NCBI RefSeq assembly: GCF_009914755.1
Contig: NC_060945.1
Source of the DNA: the human T2T-CHM13v2.0 reference genome, Homo sapiens
Reading direction: 5' to 3' (one strand)
Length of the DNA: 64,000 nucleotides
Part shown: one piece after another, positions 11,501-25,569 of the stretch
Layout: the number at the start of each line of letters is the position of its first letter
How positions within the stretch are numbered: the stretch's first letter is position 1
Made by a program: the position numbers and the translations under genes
The notes under the pieces: model-generated
What the model was told of the DNA's origin: nothing
What the model saw: the letters and a program-made list of their open reading frames with translations, nothing else
Databases searched by the model: none

Positions 11501-14500
11501 AGAGTGTTTCCAACGTGCTCTAAGAAAGCGAATGTTCAACTCTGTGACTTGAATGCAGATATCACAAAGTAGTTTCTGAGAGGGCTTCTGTCTAGATTTT
11601 AGATGATGATATTCCCGTTTCCAACGAAATCATTAGAGCTATCCAAATATCCACTTACAGTTTCTACAAAAAGAGTGTTTCCAAACTGCTGCATCAAAAG
11701 AGAGGTTCCACTCTGTTAGCTGAGTACACACATCACAAACTTGTTTCTCAGAATCCTTCTGTCTCGTTTTTATGGGAAGATATTTACTTTTCCACCGTAG
11801 GCATCAAAGCGCTCCAAATGTCCACATCCAGATACTCCAGAAAGAGTGTTTCAAACCTGCTCTATGAAAGGGAATGTTCAACTCTATGAGTTGAATGCAG
11901 ACATCAGAAAGAAATTTCTGAGAATGCTGCTGTCTACCTTTTATTTGAATTCCCGCTTCCAACGAAATCCTCCAAGCTATCCAAATATCCACTTGCAGAT
12001 TCCACAAAAAGAGTGTTTCAAAACTGCTCTCTATCAATGGCAAAGTTCAACTCTGTTAGTTGAGGACACATATCACCAACAAGTTTCTGAGAATGCTTCT
12101 GTCTATTTTTTATGGGAAGATATTTCCTTTTTCACCGTAGGCGTCAAGGCGATCGAAATGTCCACTTCCACAAACTACAAAAAGAGTGTTTCAAACCTGC
12201 TCTATGAAAGGCCATGTTCATCTCTATGAGTTGAATGGAAATATCCGAAAGAAATTTCTGGGAATGCTGCTGTCTAGTGTTTATACGAATTCCCGCTTCC
12301 AACGAAATCCTCAAAGCAATCCAAATATCCACTTGCAGAATCCACAAAAAGAGTGTTTCAAAACTGCTCTATCAATAGAAAGGTTCAACTCTTTTAGTTG
12401 AGTACACACATCACGAACAAGTTTCTGAGAATGCTTCTGTCTGGCTTTTATTGGAAGACGTTTCCTTTTCACCAAAGGCATCAAAGCGCTCCAAATGTCC
12501 ACTTCCAGATTCTTCCAAAAGAGTGTTTCAAACGTGCTCAAAGTAAGGGAATGTTCAACTCTGTGACTTGAATGCAGATATCACCAAGTAGTTTCTAATA
12601 GTGCTTCTGTCTACATTTTAGATGATGATATTCCCGTTTCCAACGAAATCGTTAGAGCTATCCAAATATCCAGTTACAGTTTCTACCAAAAGGGTGTTTC
12701 CAAATTGCTGCATCAAAAGAAAGGTTCAACTCTGTTAGTTGAGGACACACATCACAAAGAAGTTTGTGAGAATGCTTCTGTCTAGATTTTGTATGACGAT
12801 ATTCCCTTTTCCAACGATATCGTTAAAGCAATCTAAATATCAATTTGCAGAATCCACAAAAATAGAGTTTCAAAGCTGCTCTGTAAAAAGAAAGGTTCCA
12901 CTCTGTTAGCTGAGTACACACATCACAAACTTGTTTCTGAGAATCCTTCTGTCTCGTTTTTATGGGAAGATATTTACTTTTCCACCGTAGGCATCAAAGC
13001 GCTCCAAATGTCCACATCCAGATACTCCAGAAAGAGTGTTTCAAACCTGCTCTATGAAAGGGAATCTTCAACTCTATGAGTTGAATGCAGACATCAGAAA
13101 GAAATTTCTGAGAATGCTGCTGTCTACCTTTTATTTGAATTCCCGCTTCCAACGAAATCCTCCAAGCTATCCAAATATCCACTTGCATTTTCCACAAAAA
13201 GAGTGTTTCAAAACTGCTCTATCAATAGAAATGTTCAACTCCTTTGGCTGGGTACACACATCACAAACAAGTTTCTGAGAATGCTTCTGTCTAGTTTTTA
13301 TGGGAAGACGTTCCCTTTTTCACCAAAGGCATCAAAGCGCTCCAAATGTCCACTTCCAGACACTACAAAAAGAGTGTTTCCAACGTGCTCTAAGAAAGCG
13401 AATGTTCAACTCTGTGACTTGAATGCAGATATCACAAAGTAGTTTCTGAGAGGGCTTCTGTCTAGATTTTAGATGATGATATTCCCGTTTCCAACGAAAT
13501 CATTAGAGCTATCCAAATATCCACTTACAGTTTCTACAAAAAGAGTGTTTCCAAACTGCTGCATCAAAAGAGAGGTTCCACTCTGTTAGCTGAGTACACA
13601 CATCACAAACTTGTTTCTCAGAATCCTTCTGTCTCGTTTTTATGGGAAGATATTTACTTTTCCACCGTAGGCATCAAAGCGCTCCAAATGTCCACATCCA
13701 GATACTCCAGAAAGAGTGTTTCAAACCTGCTCTATGAAAGGGAATGTTCAACTCTATGAGTTGAATGCAGACATCAGAAAGAAATTTCTGAGAATGCTGC
13801 TGTCTACCTTTTATTTGAATTCCCGCTTCCAACGAAATCCTCCAAGCTATCCAAATATCCACTTGCAGATTCCACAAAAAGAGTGTTTCAAAACTGCTCT
13901 CTATCAATGGCAAAGTTCAACTCTGTTAGTTGAGGACACATATCACCAACAAGTTTCTGAGAATGCTTCTGTCTATTTTTTATGGGAAGATATTTCCTTT
14001 TTCACCGTAGGCGTCAAGGCGATCGAAATGTCCACTTCCACAAACTACAAAAAGAGTGTTTCAAACCTGCTCTATGAAAGGCCATGTTCATCTCTATGAG
14101 TTGAATGGAAATATCCGAAAGAAATTTCTGGGAATGCTGCTGTCTAGTGTTTATACGAATTCCCGCTTCCAACGAAATCCTCAAAGCAATCCAAATATCC
14201 ACTTGCAGAATCCACAAAAAGAGTGTTTCAAAACTGCTCTATCAATAGAAAGGTTCAACTCTTTTAGTTGAGTACACACATCACGAACAAGTTTCTGAGA
14301 ATGCTTCTGTCTGGCTTTTATTGGAAGACGTTTCCTTTTCACCAAAGGCATCAAAGCGCTCCAAATGTCCACTTCCAGATTCTTCCAAAAGAGTGTTTCA
14401 AACGTGCTCAAAGTAAGGGAATGTTCAACTCTGTGACTTGAATGCAGATATCACCAAGTAGTTTCTAATAGTGCTTCTGTCTACATTTTAGATGATGATA

Positions 14501-17500
14501 TTCCCGTTTCCAACGAAATCGTTAGAGCTATCCAAATATCCAGTTACAGTTTCTACCAAAAGGGTGTTTCCAAATTGCTGCATCAAAAGAAAGGTTCAAC
14601 TCTGTTAGTTGAGGACACACATCACAAAGAAGTTTGTGAGAATGCTTCTGTCTAGATTTTGTATGACGATATTCCCTTTTCCAACGATATCGTTAAAGCA
14701 ATCTAAATATCAATTTGCAGAATCCACAAAAATAGAGTTTCAAAGCTGCTCTGTAAAAAGAAAGGTTCCACTCTGTTAGCTGAGTACACACATCACAAAC
14801 TTGTTTCTGAGAATCCTTCTGTCTCGTTTTTATGGGAAGATATTTACTTTTCCACCGTAGGCATCAAAGCGCTCCAAATGTCCACATCCAGATACTCCAG
14901 AAAGAGTGTTTCAAACCTGCTCTATGAAAGGGAATCTTCAACTCTATGAGTTGAATGCAGACATCAGAAAGAAATTTCTGAGAATGCTGCTGTCTACCTT
15001 TTATTTGAATTCCCGCTTCCAACGAAATCCTCCAAGCTATCCAAATATCCACTTGCATTTTCCACAAAAAGAGTGTTTCAAAACTGCTCTATCAATAGAA
15101 ATGTTCAACTCCTTTGGCTGGGTACACACATCACAAACAAGTTTCTGAGAATGCTTCTGTCTAGTTTTTATGGGAAGACGTTCCCTTTTTCACCAAAGGC
15201 ATCAAAGCGCTCCAAATGTCCACTTCCAGACACTACAAAAAGAGTGTTTCCAACGTGCTCTAAGAAAGCGAATGTTCAACTCTGTGACTTGAATGCAGAT
15301 ATCACAAAGTAGTTTCTGAGAGGGCTTCTGTCTAGATTTTAGATGATGATATTCCCGTTTCCAACGAAATCATTAGAGCTATCCAAATATCCACTTACAG
15401 TTTCTACAAAAAGAGTGTTTCCAAACTGCTGCATCAAAAGAGAGGTTCCACTCTGTTAGCTGAGTACACACATCACAAACTTGTTTCTCAGAATCCTTCT
15501 GTCTCGTTTTTATGGGAAGATATTTACTTTTCCACCGTAGGCATCAAAGCGCTCCAAATGTCCACATCCAGATACTCCAGAAAGAGTGTTTCAAACCTGC
15601 TCTATGAAAGGGAATGTTCAACTCTATGAGTTGAATGCAGACATCAGAAAGAAATTTCTGAGAATGCTGCTGTCTACCTTTTATTTGAATTCCCGCTTCC
15701 AACGAAATCCTCCAAGCTATCCAAATATCCACTTGCAGATTCCACAAAAAGAGTGTTTCAAAACTGCTCTCTATCAATGGCAAAGTTCAACTCTGTTAGT
15801 TGAGGACACATATCACCAACAAGTTTCTGAGAATGCTTCTGTCTATTTTTTATGGGAAGATATTTCCTTTTTCACCGTAGGCGTCAAGGCGATCGAAATG
15901 TCCACTTCCACAAACTACAAAAAGAGTGTTTCAAACCTGCTCTATGAAAGGCCATGTTCATCTCTATGAGTTGAATGGAAATATCCGAAAGAAATTTCTG
16001 GGAATGCTGCTGTCTAGTGTTTATACGAATTCCCGCTTCCAACGAAATCCTCAAAGCAATCCAAATATCCACTTGCAGAATCCACAAAAAGAGTGTTTCA
16101 AAACTGCTCTATCAATAGAAAGGTTCAACTCTTTTAGTTGAGTACACACATCACGAACAAGTTTCTGAGAATGCTTCTGTCTGGCTTTTATTGGAAGACG
16201 TTTCCTTTTCACCAAAGGCATCAAAGCGCTCCAAATGTCCACTTCCAGATTCTTCCAAAAGAGTGTTTCAAACGTGCTCAAAGTAAGGGAATGTTCAACT
16301 CTGTGACTTGAATGCAGATATCACCAAGTAGTTTCTAATAGTGCTTCTGTCTACATTTTAGATGATGATATTCCCGTTTCCAACGAAATCGTTAGAGCTA
16401 TCCAAATATCCAGTTACAGTTTCTACCAAAAGGGTGTTTCCAAATTGCTGCATCAAAAGAAAGGTTCAACTCTGTTAGTTGAGGACACACATCACAAAGA
16501 AGTTTGTGAGAATGCTTCTGTCTAGATTTTGTATGACGATATTCCCTTTTCCAACGATATCGTTAAAGCAATCTAAATATCAATTTGCAGAATCCACAAA
16601 AATAGAGTTTCAAAGCTGCTCTGTAAAAAGAAAGGTTCCACTCTGTTAGCTGAGTACACACATCACAAACTTGTTTCTGAGAATCCTTCTGTCTCGTTTT
16701 TATGGGAAGATATTTACTTTTCCACCGTAGGCATCAAAGCGCTCCAAATGTCCACATCCAGATACTCCAGAAAGAGTGTTTCAAACCTGCTCTATGAAAG
16801 GGAATCTTCAACTCTATGAGTTGAATGCAGACATCAGAAAGAAATTTCTGAGAATGCTGCTGTCTACCTTTTATTTGAATTCCCGCTTCCAACGAAATCC
16901 TCCAAGCTATCCAAATATCCACTTGCATTTTCCACAAAAAGAGTGTTTCAAAACTGCTCTATCAATAGAAATGTTCAACTCCTTTGGCTGGGTACACACA
17001 TCACAAACAAGTTTCTGAGAATGCTTCTGTCTAGTTTTTATGGGAAGACGTTCCCTTTTTCACCAAAGGCATCAAAGCGCTCCAAATGTCCACTTCCAGA
17101 CACTACAAAAAGAGTGTTTCCAACGTGCTCTAAGAAAGCGAATGTTCAACTCTGTGACTTGAATGCAGATATCACAAAGTAGTTTCTGAGAGGGCTTCTG
17201 TCTAGATTTTAGATGATGATATTCCCGTTTCCAACGAAATCATTAGAGCTATCCAAATATCCACTTACAGTTTCTACAAAAAGAGTGTTTCCAAACTGCT
17301 GCATCAAAAGAGAGGTTCCACTCTGTTAGCTGAGTACACACATCACAAACTTGTTTCTCAGAATCCTTCTGTCTCGTTTTTATGGGAAGATATTTACTTT
17401 TCCACCGTAGGCATCAAAGCGCTCCAAATGTCCACATCCAGATACTCCAGAAAGAGTGTTTCAAACCTGCTCTATGAAAGGGAATGTTCAACTCTATGAG

Positions 17501-20500
17501 TTGAATGCAGACATCAGAAAGAAATTTCTGAGAATGCTGCTGTCTACCTTTTATTTGAATTCCCGCTTCCAACGAAATCCTCCAAGCTATCCAAATATCC
17601 ACTTGCAGATTCCACAAAAAGAGTGTTTCAAAACTGCTCTCTATCAATGGCAAAGTTCAACTCTGTTAGTTGAGGACACATATCACCAACAAGTTTCTGA
17701 GAATGCTTCTGTCTATTTTTTATGGGAAGATATTTCCTTTTTCACCGTAGGCGTCAAGGCGATCGAAATGTCCACTTCCACAAACTACAAAAAGAGTGTT
17801 TCAAACCTGCTCTATGAAAGGCCATGTTCATCTCTATGAGTTGAATGGAAATATCCGAAAGAAATTTCTGGGAATGCTGCTGTCTAGTGTTTATACGAAT
17901 TCCCGCTTCCAACGAAATCCTCAAAGCAATCCAAATATCCACTTGCAGAATCCACAAAAAGAGTGTTTCAAAACTGCTCTATCAATAGAAAGGTTCAACT
18001 CTTTTAGTTGAGTACACACATCACGAACAAGTTTCTGAGAATGCTTCTGTCTGGCTTTTATTGGAAGACGTTTCCTTTTCACCAAAGGCATCAAAGCGCT
18101 CCAAATGTCCACTTCCAGATTCTTCCAAAAGAGTGTTTCAAACGTGCTCAAAGTAAGGGAATGTTCAACTCTGTGACTTGAATGCAGATATCACCAAGTA
18201 GTTTCTAATAGTGCTTCTGTCTACATTTTAGATGATGATATTCCCGTTTCCAACGAAATCGTTAGAGCTATCCAAATATCCAGTTACAGTTTCTACCAAA
18301 AGGGTGTTTCCAAATTGCTGCATCAAAAGAAAGGTTCAACTCTGTTAGTTGAGGACACACATCACAAAGAAGTTTGTGAGAATGCTTCTGTCTAGATTTT
18401 GTATGACGATATTCCCTTTTCCAACGATATCGTTAAAGCAATCTAAATATCAATTTGCAGAATCCACAAAAATAGAGTTTCAAAGCTGCTCTGTAAAAAG
18501 AAAGGTTCCACTCTGTTAGCTGAGTACACACATCACAAACTTGTTTCTGAGAATCCTTCTGTCTCGTTTTTATGGGAAGATATTTACTTTTCCACCGTAG
18601 GCATCAAAGCGCTCCAAATGTCCACATCCAGATACTCCAGAAAGAGTGTTTCAAACCTGCTCTATGAAAGGGAATCTTCAACTCTATGAGTTGAATGCAG
18701 ACATCAGAAAGAAATTTCTGAGAATGCTGCTGTCTACCTTTTATTTGAATTCCCGCTTCCAACGAAATCCTCCAAGCTATCCAAATATCCACTTGCATTT
18801 TCCACAAAAAGAGTGTTTCAAAACTGCTCTATCAATAGAAATGTTCAACTCCTTTGGCTGGGTACACACATCACAAACAAGTTTCTGAGAATGCTTCTGT
18901 CTAGTTTTTATGGGAAGACGTTCCCTTTTTCACCAAAGGCATCAAAGCGCTCCAAATGTCCACTTCCAGACACTACAAAAAGAGTGTTTCCAACGTGCTC
19001 TAAGAAAGCGAATGTTCAACTCTGTGACTTGAATGCAGATATCACAAAGTAGTTTCTGAGAGGGCTTCTGTCTAGATTTTAGATGATGATATTCCCGTTT
19101 CCAACGAAATCATTAGAGCTATCCAAATATCCACTTACAGTTTCTACAAAAAGAGTGTTTCCAAACTGCTGCATCAAAAGAGAGGTTCCACTCTGTTAGC
19201 TGAGTACACACATCACAAACTTGTTTCTCAGAATCCTTCTGTCTCGTTTTTATGGGAAGATATTTACTTTTCCACCGTAGGCATCAAAGCGCTCCAAATG
19301 TCCACATCCAGATACTCCAGAAAGAGTGTTTCAAACCTGCTCTATGAAAGGGAATGTTCAACTCTATGAGTTGAATGCAGACATCAGAAAGAAATTTCTG
19401 AGAATGCTGCTGTCTACCTTTTATTTGAATTCCCGCTTCCAACGAAATCCTCCAAGCTATCCAAATATCCACTTGCAGATTCCACAAAAAGAGTGTTTCA
19501 AAACTGCTCTCTATCAATGGCAAAGTTCAACTCTGTTAGTTGAGGACACATATCACCAACAAGTTTCTGAGAATGCTTCTGTCTATTTTTTATGGGAAGA
19601 TATTTCCTTTTTCACCGTAGGCGTCAAGGCGATCGAAATGTCCACTTCCACAAACTACAAAAAGAGTGTTTCAAACCTGCTCTATGAAAGGCCATGTTCA
19701 TCTCTATGAGTTGAATGGAAATATCCGAAAGAAATTTCTGGGAATGCTGCTGTCTAGTGTTTATACGAATTCCCGCTTCCAACGAAATCCTCAAAGCAAT
19801 CCAAATATCCACTTGCAGAATCCACAAAAAGAGTGTTTCAAAACTGCTCTATCAATAGAAAGGTTCAACTCTTTTAGTTGAGTACACACATCACGAACAA
19901 GTTTCTGAGAATGCTTCTGTCTGGCTTTTATTGGAAGACGTTTCCTTTTCACCAAAGGCATCAAAGCGCTCCAAATGTCCACTTCCAGATTCTTCCAAAA
20001 GAGTGTTTCAAACGTGCTCAAAGTAAGGGAATGTTCAACTCTGTGACTTGAATGCAGATATCACCAAGTAGTTTCTAATAGTGCTTCTGTCTACATTTTA
20101 GATGATGATATTCCCGTTTCCAACGAAATCGTTAGAGCTATCCAAATATCCAGTTACAGTTTCTACCAAAAGGGTGTTTCCAAATTGCTGCATCAAAAGA
20201 AAGGTTCAACTCTGTTAGTTGAGGACACACATCACAAAGAAGTTTGTGAGAATGCTTCTGTCTAGATTTTGTATGACGATATTCCCTTTTCCAACGATAT
20301 CGTTAAAGCAATCTAAATATCAATTTGCAGAATCCACAAAAATAGAGTTTCAAAGCTGCTCTGTAAAAAGAAAGGTTCCACTCTGTTAGCTGAGTACACA
20401 CATCACAAACTTGTTTCTGAGAATCCTTCTGTCTCGTTTTTATGGGAAGATATTTACTTTTCCACCGTAGGCATCAAAGCGCTCCAAATGTCCACATCCA

Positions 20501-23500
20501 GATACTCCAGAAAGAGTGTTTCAAACCTGCTCTATGAAAGGGAATCTTCAACTCTATGAGTTGAATGCAGACATCAGAAAGAAATTTCTGAGAATGCTGC
20601 TGTCTACCTTTTATTTGAATTCCCGCTTCCAACGAAATCCTCCAAGCTATCCAAATATCCACTTGCATTTTCCACAAAAAGAGTGTTTCAAAACTGCTCT
20701 ATCAATAGAAATGTTCAACTCCTTTGGCTGGGTACACACATCACAAACAAGTTTCTGAGAATGCTTCTGTCTAGTTTTTATGGGAAGACGTTCCCTTTTT
20801 CACCAAAGGCATCAAAGCGCTCCAAATGTCCACTTCCAGACACTACAAAAAGAGTGTTTCCAACGTGCTCTAAGAAAGCGAATGTTCAACTCTGTGACTT
20901 GAATGCAGATATCACAAAGTAGTTTCTGAGAGGGCTTCTGTCTAGATTTTAGATGATGATATTCCCGTTTCCAACGAAATCATTAGAGCTATCCAAATAT
21001 CCACTTACAGTTTCTACAAAAAGAGTGTTTCCAAACTGCTGCATCAAAAGAGAGGTTCCACTCTGTTAGCTGAGTACACACATCACAAACTTGTTTCTCA
21101 GAATCCTTCTGTCTCGTTTTTATGGGAAGATATTTACTTTTCCACCGTAGGCATCAAAGCGCTCCAAATGTCCACATCCAGATACTCCAGAAAGAGTGTT
21201 TCAAACCTGCTCTATGAAAGGGAATGTTCAACTCTATGAGTTGAATGCAGACATCAGAAAGAAATTTCTGAGAATGCTGCTGTCTACCTTTTATTTGAAT
21301 TCCCGCTTCCAACGAAATCCTCCAAGCTATCCAAATATCCACTTGCAGATTCCACAAAAAGAGTGTTTCAAAACTGCTCTCTATCAATGGCAAAGTTCAA
21401 CTCTGTTAGTTGAGGACACATATCACCAACAAGTTTCTGAGAATGCTTCTGTCTATTTTTTATGGGAAGATATTTCCTTTTTCACCGTAGGCGTCAAGGC
21501 GATCGAAATGTCCACTTCCACAAACTACAAAAAGAGTGTTTCAAACCTGCTCTATGAAAGGCCATGTTCATCTCTATGAGTTGAATGGAAATATCCGAAA
21601 GAAATTTCTGGGAATGCTGCTGTCTAGTGTTTATACGAATTCCCGCTTCCAACGAAATCCTCAAAGCAATCCAAATATCCACTTGCAGAATCCACAAAAA
21701 GAGTGTTTCAAAACTGCTCTATCAATAGAAAGGTTCAACTCTTTTAGTTGAGTACACACATCACGAACAAGTTTCTGAGAATGCTTCTGTCTGGCTTTTA
21801 TTGGAAGACGTTTCCTTTTCACCAAAGGCATCAAAGCGCTCCAAATGTCCACTTCCAGATTCTTCCAAAAGAGTGTTTCAAACGTGCTCAAAGTAAGGGA
21901 ATGTTCAACTCTGTGACTTGAATGCAGATATCACCAAGTAGTTTCTAATAGTGCTTCTGTCTACATTTTAGATGATGATATTCCCGTTTCCAACGAAATC
22001 GTTAGAGCTATCCAAATATCCAGTTACAGTTTCTACCAAAAGGGTGTTTCCAAATTGCTGCATCAAAAGAAAGGTTCAACTCTGTTAGTTGAGGACACAC
22101 ATCACAAAGAAGTTTGTGAGAATGCTTCTGTCTAGATTTTGTATGACGATATTCCCTTTTCCAACGATATCGTTAAAGCAATCTAAATATCAATTTGCAG
22201 AATCCACAAAAATAGAGTTTCAAAGCTGCTCTGTAAAAAGAAAGGTTCCACTCTGTTAGCTGAGTACACACATCACAAACTTGTTTCTGAGAATCCTTCT
22301 GTCTCGTTTTTATGGGAAGATATTTACTTTTCCACCGTAGGCATCAAAGCGCTCCAAATGTCCACATCCAGATACTCCAGAAAGAGTGTTTCAAACCTGC
22401 TCTATGAAAGGGAATCTTCAACTCTATGAGTTGAATGCAGACATCAGAAAGAAATTTCTGAGAATGCTGCTGTCTACCTTTTATTTGAATTCCCGCTTCC
22501 AACGAAATCCTCCAAGCTATCCAAATATCCACTTGCATTTTCCACAAAAAGAGTGTTTCAAAACTGCTCTATCAATAGAAATGTTCAACTCCTTTGGCTG
22601 GGTACACACATCACAAACAAGTTTCTGAGAATGCTTCTGTCTAGTTTTTATGGGAAGACGTTCCCTTTTTCACCAAAGGCATCAAAGCGCTCCAAATGTC
22701 CACTTCCAGACACTACAAAAAGAGTGTTTCCAACGTGCTCTAAGAAAGCGAATGTTCAACTCTGTGACTTGAATGCAGATATCACAAAGTAGTTTCTGAG
22801 AGGGCTTCTGTCTAGATTTTAGATGATGATATTCCCGTTTCCAACGAAATCATTAGAGCTATCCAAATATCCACTTACAGTTTCTACAAAAAGAGTGTTT
22901 CCAAACTGCTGCATCAAAAGAGAGGTTCCACTCTGTTAGCTGAGTACACACATCACAAACTTGTTTCTCAGAATCCTTCTGTCTCGTTTTTATGGGAAGA
23001 TATTTACTTTTCCACCGTAGGCATCAAAGCGCTCCAAATGTCCACATCCAGATACTCCAGAAAGAGTGTTTCAAACCTGCTCTATGAAAGGGAATGTTCA
23101 ACTCTATGAGTTGAATGCAGACATCAGAAAGAAATTTCTGAGAATGCTGCTGTCTACCTTTTATTTGAATTCCCGCTTCCAACGAAATCCTCCAAGCTAT
23201 CCAAATATCCACTTGCAGATTCCACAAAAAGAGTGTTTCAAAACTGCTCTCTATCAATGGCAAAGTTCAACTCTGTTAGTTGAGGACACATATCACCAAC
23301 AAGTTTCTGAGAATGCTTCTGTCTATTTTTTATGGGAAGATATTTCCTTTTTCACCGTAGGCGTCAAGGCGATCGAAATGTCCACTTCCACAAACTACAA
23401 AAAGAGTGTTTCAAACCTGCTCTATGAAAGGCCATGTTCATCTCTATGAGTTGAATGGAAATATCCGAAAGAAATTTCTGGGAATGCTGCTGTCTAGTGT

Positions 23501-24124
23501 TTATACGAATTCCCGCTTCCAACGAAATCCTCAAAGCAATCCAAATATCCACTTGCAGAATCCACAAAAAGAGTGTTTCAAAACTGCTCTATCAATAGAA
23601 AGGTTCAACTCTTTTAGTTGAGTACACACATCACGAACAAGTTTCTGAGAATGCTTCTGTCTGGCTTTTATTGGAAGACGTTTCCTTTTCACCAAAGGCA
23701 TCAAAGCGCTCCAAATGTCCACTTCCAGATTCTTCCAAAAGAGTGTTTCAAACGTGCTCAAAGTAAGGGAATGTTCAACTCTGTGACTTGAATGCAGATA
23801 TCACCAAGTAGTTTCTAATAGTGCTTCTGTCTACATTTTAGATGATGATATTCCCGTTTCCAACGAAATCGTTAGAGCTATCCAAATATCCAGTTACAGT
23901 TTCTACCAAAAGGGTGTTTCCAAATTGCTGCATCAAAAGAAAGGTTCAACTCTGTTAGTTGAGGACACACATCACAAAGAAGTTTGTGAGAATGCTTCTG
24001 TCTAGATTTTGTATGACGATATTCCCTTTTCCAACGATATCGTTAAAGCAATCTAAATATCAATTTGCAGAATCCACAAAAATAGAGTTTCAAAGCTGCT
24101 CTGTAAAAAGAAAGGTTCCACTCT
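8540..24124. repeat. Homogeneous block of ~8.3 apparently identical 1870-bp HORs
   Basis: Translations are identical at each 1870-bp step and the same markers recur (CTACATTTTA at 8871, 10741, ..., 23831; TTTTCCACC near 9922, 11792, ...). The block is bounded by variants at 8539 and 24125. Confidence 0.85.
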
Positions 24125-25569
24125 TTTAGCTGAGTACACACATCACAAACTTGTTTCTGAGAATCCTTCTGTCTCGTTTTTATGGGAAGATATTTACTTT
24201 TCCACCGTAGGCACCAAAGCGCTCCAAATGTCCACATCCAGATACTCCAGAAAGAGTGTTTCAAACCTGCTCTATGAAAGGGAATCTTCAACTCTATGAG
24301 TTGAATGCAGACATCAGAAAGAAATTTCTGAGAATGCTGCTGTCTACCTTTTATTTGAATTCCCGCTTCCAACGAAATCCTCCAAGGTATCCAAATATCC
24401 ACTTGCATTTTCCACAACAAGAGTGTTTCAAAACTGCTCTATCAATAGAAATGTTCAACTCCTTTGGCTGGGTACACACATCACAAACAAGTTTCTGAGA
24501 ATGCTTCTGTCTAGTTTTTATGGGAAGACATTCCCTTTTTCACCAAAGGCATCAAAGCGCTCCAAATGTCCACTTCCAGACACTACAAAAAGAGTGTTTC
24601 CAACGTGCTCTAAGAAAGCGAATGTTCAACTCTGTGACTTGAATGCAGATATCACAAAGTAGTTTCTGAAAGTGCTTCTGTCTAGATTTTAGATGATGAT
24701 ATTCCCGTTTCCAACGAAATCATTAGAGCTATCCAAATATCCACTTACAGTTTCTACAAAAAGAGTGTTTCCAAACTGCTGCATCAAAAGAGAGGTTCCA
24801 CTCTGTTAGCTGAGTACACACATCACAAACTTGTTTCTCAGAATCCTTCTGTCTCGTTTTTATGGGAAGATATTTACTTTTTCACCGTAGGCATCAAAGC
24901 GCTCCAAATGTCCACATCCAGATACTCCAGAAAGAGTGTTTCAAACCTGCTCTATGAAAGGGAATCTTCAACTCTATGAGTTGAATGCAGACATCAGAAA
25001 GAAATTTCTGAGAATGCTGCTGTCTACCTTTTATTTGAATTCCCGCTTCCAACGAAATCCTCCAAGCTATCCAAATATCCACTTGCAGATTCCACAAAAA
25101 GAGTGTTTCAAAACTGCTCTCTATCAATGGCAAAGTTCAACTCTGTTAGTTGAGGACACATATCACCAACAAGTTTCTGAGAATGCTTCTGTCTATTTTT
25201 TATGGGAAGATATTTCCTTTTTCACCGTAGGCGTCAAGGCGATCGAAATGTCCACTTCCACAAACTACAAAAAGAGTGTTTCAAACCTGCTCTATGAAAG
25301 GCCATGTTCATCTCTATGAGTTGAATGGAAATATCCGAAAGAAATTTCTGGGAATGCTGCTGTCTAGTGTTTATACGAATTCCCGCTTCCAACGAAATCC
25401 TCAAAGCAATCCAAATATCCACTTGCAGAATCCACAAAAAGAGTGTTTCAAAACTGCTCTATCAATAGAAAGGTTCAACTCTTTTAGTTGAGTACACACA
25501 TCACGAACAAGTTTCTGAGAATGCTTCTGTCTGGCTTTTATTGGAAGACGTTTCCTTTTCACCAAAGGC

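Noticed and set aside
24043-24420. Longer unique ORFs (125 aa here; also 7321-7668 and 59474-59812)
   Set aside because: Each arises from a single stop-removing substitution or a 2-bp frameshift in one repeat copy.
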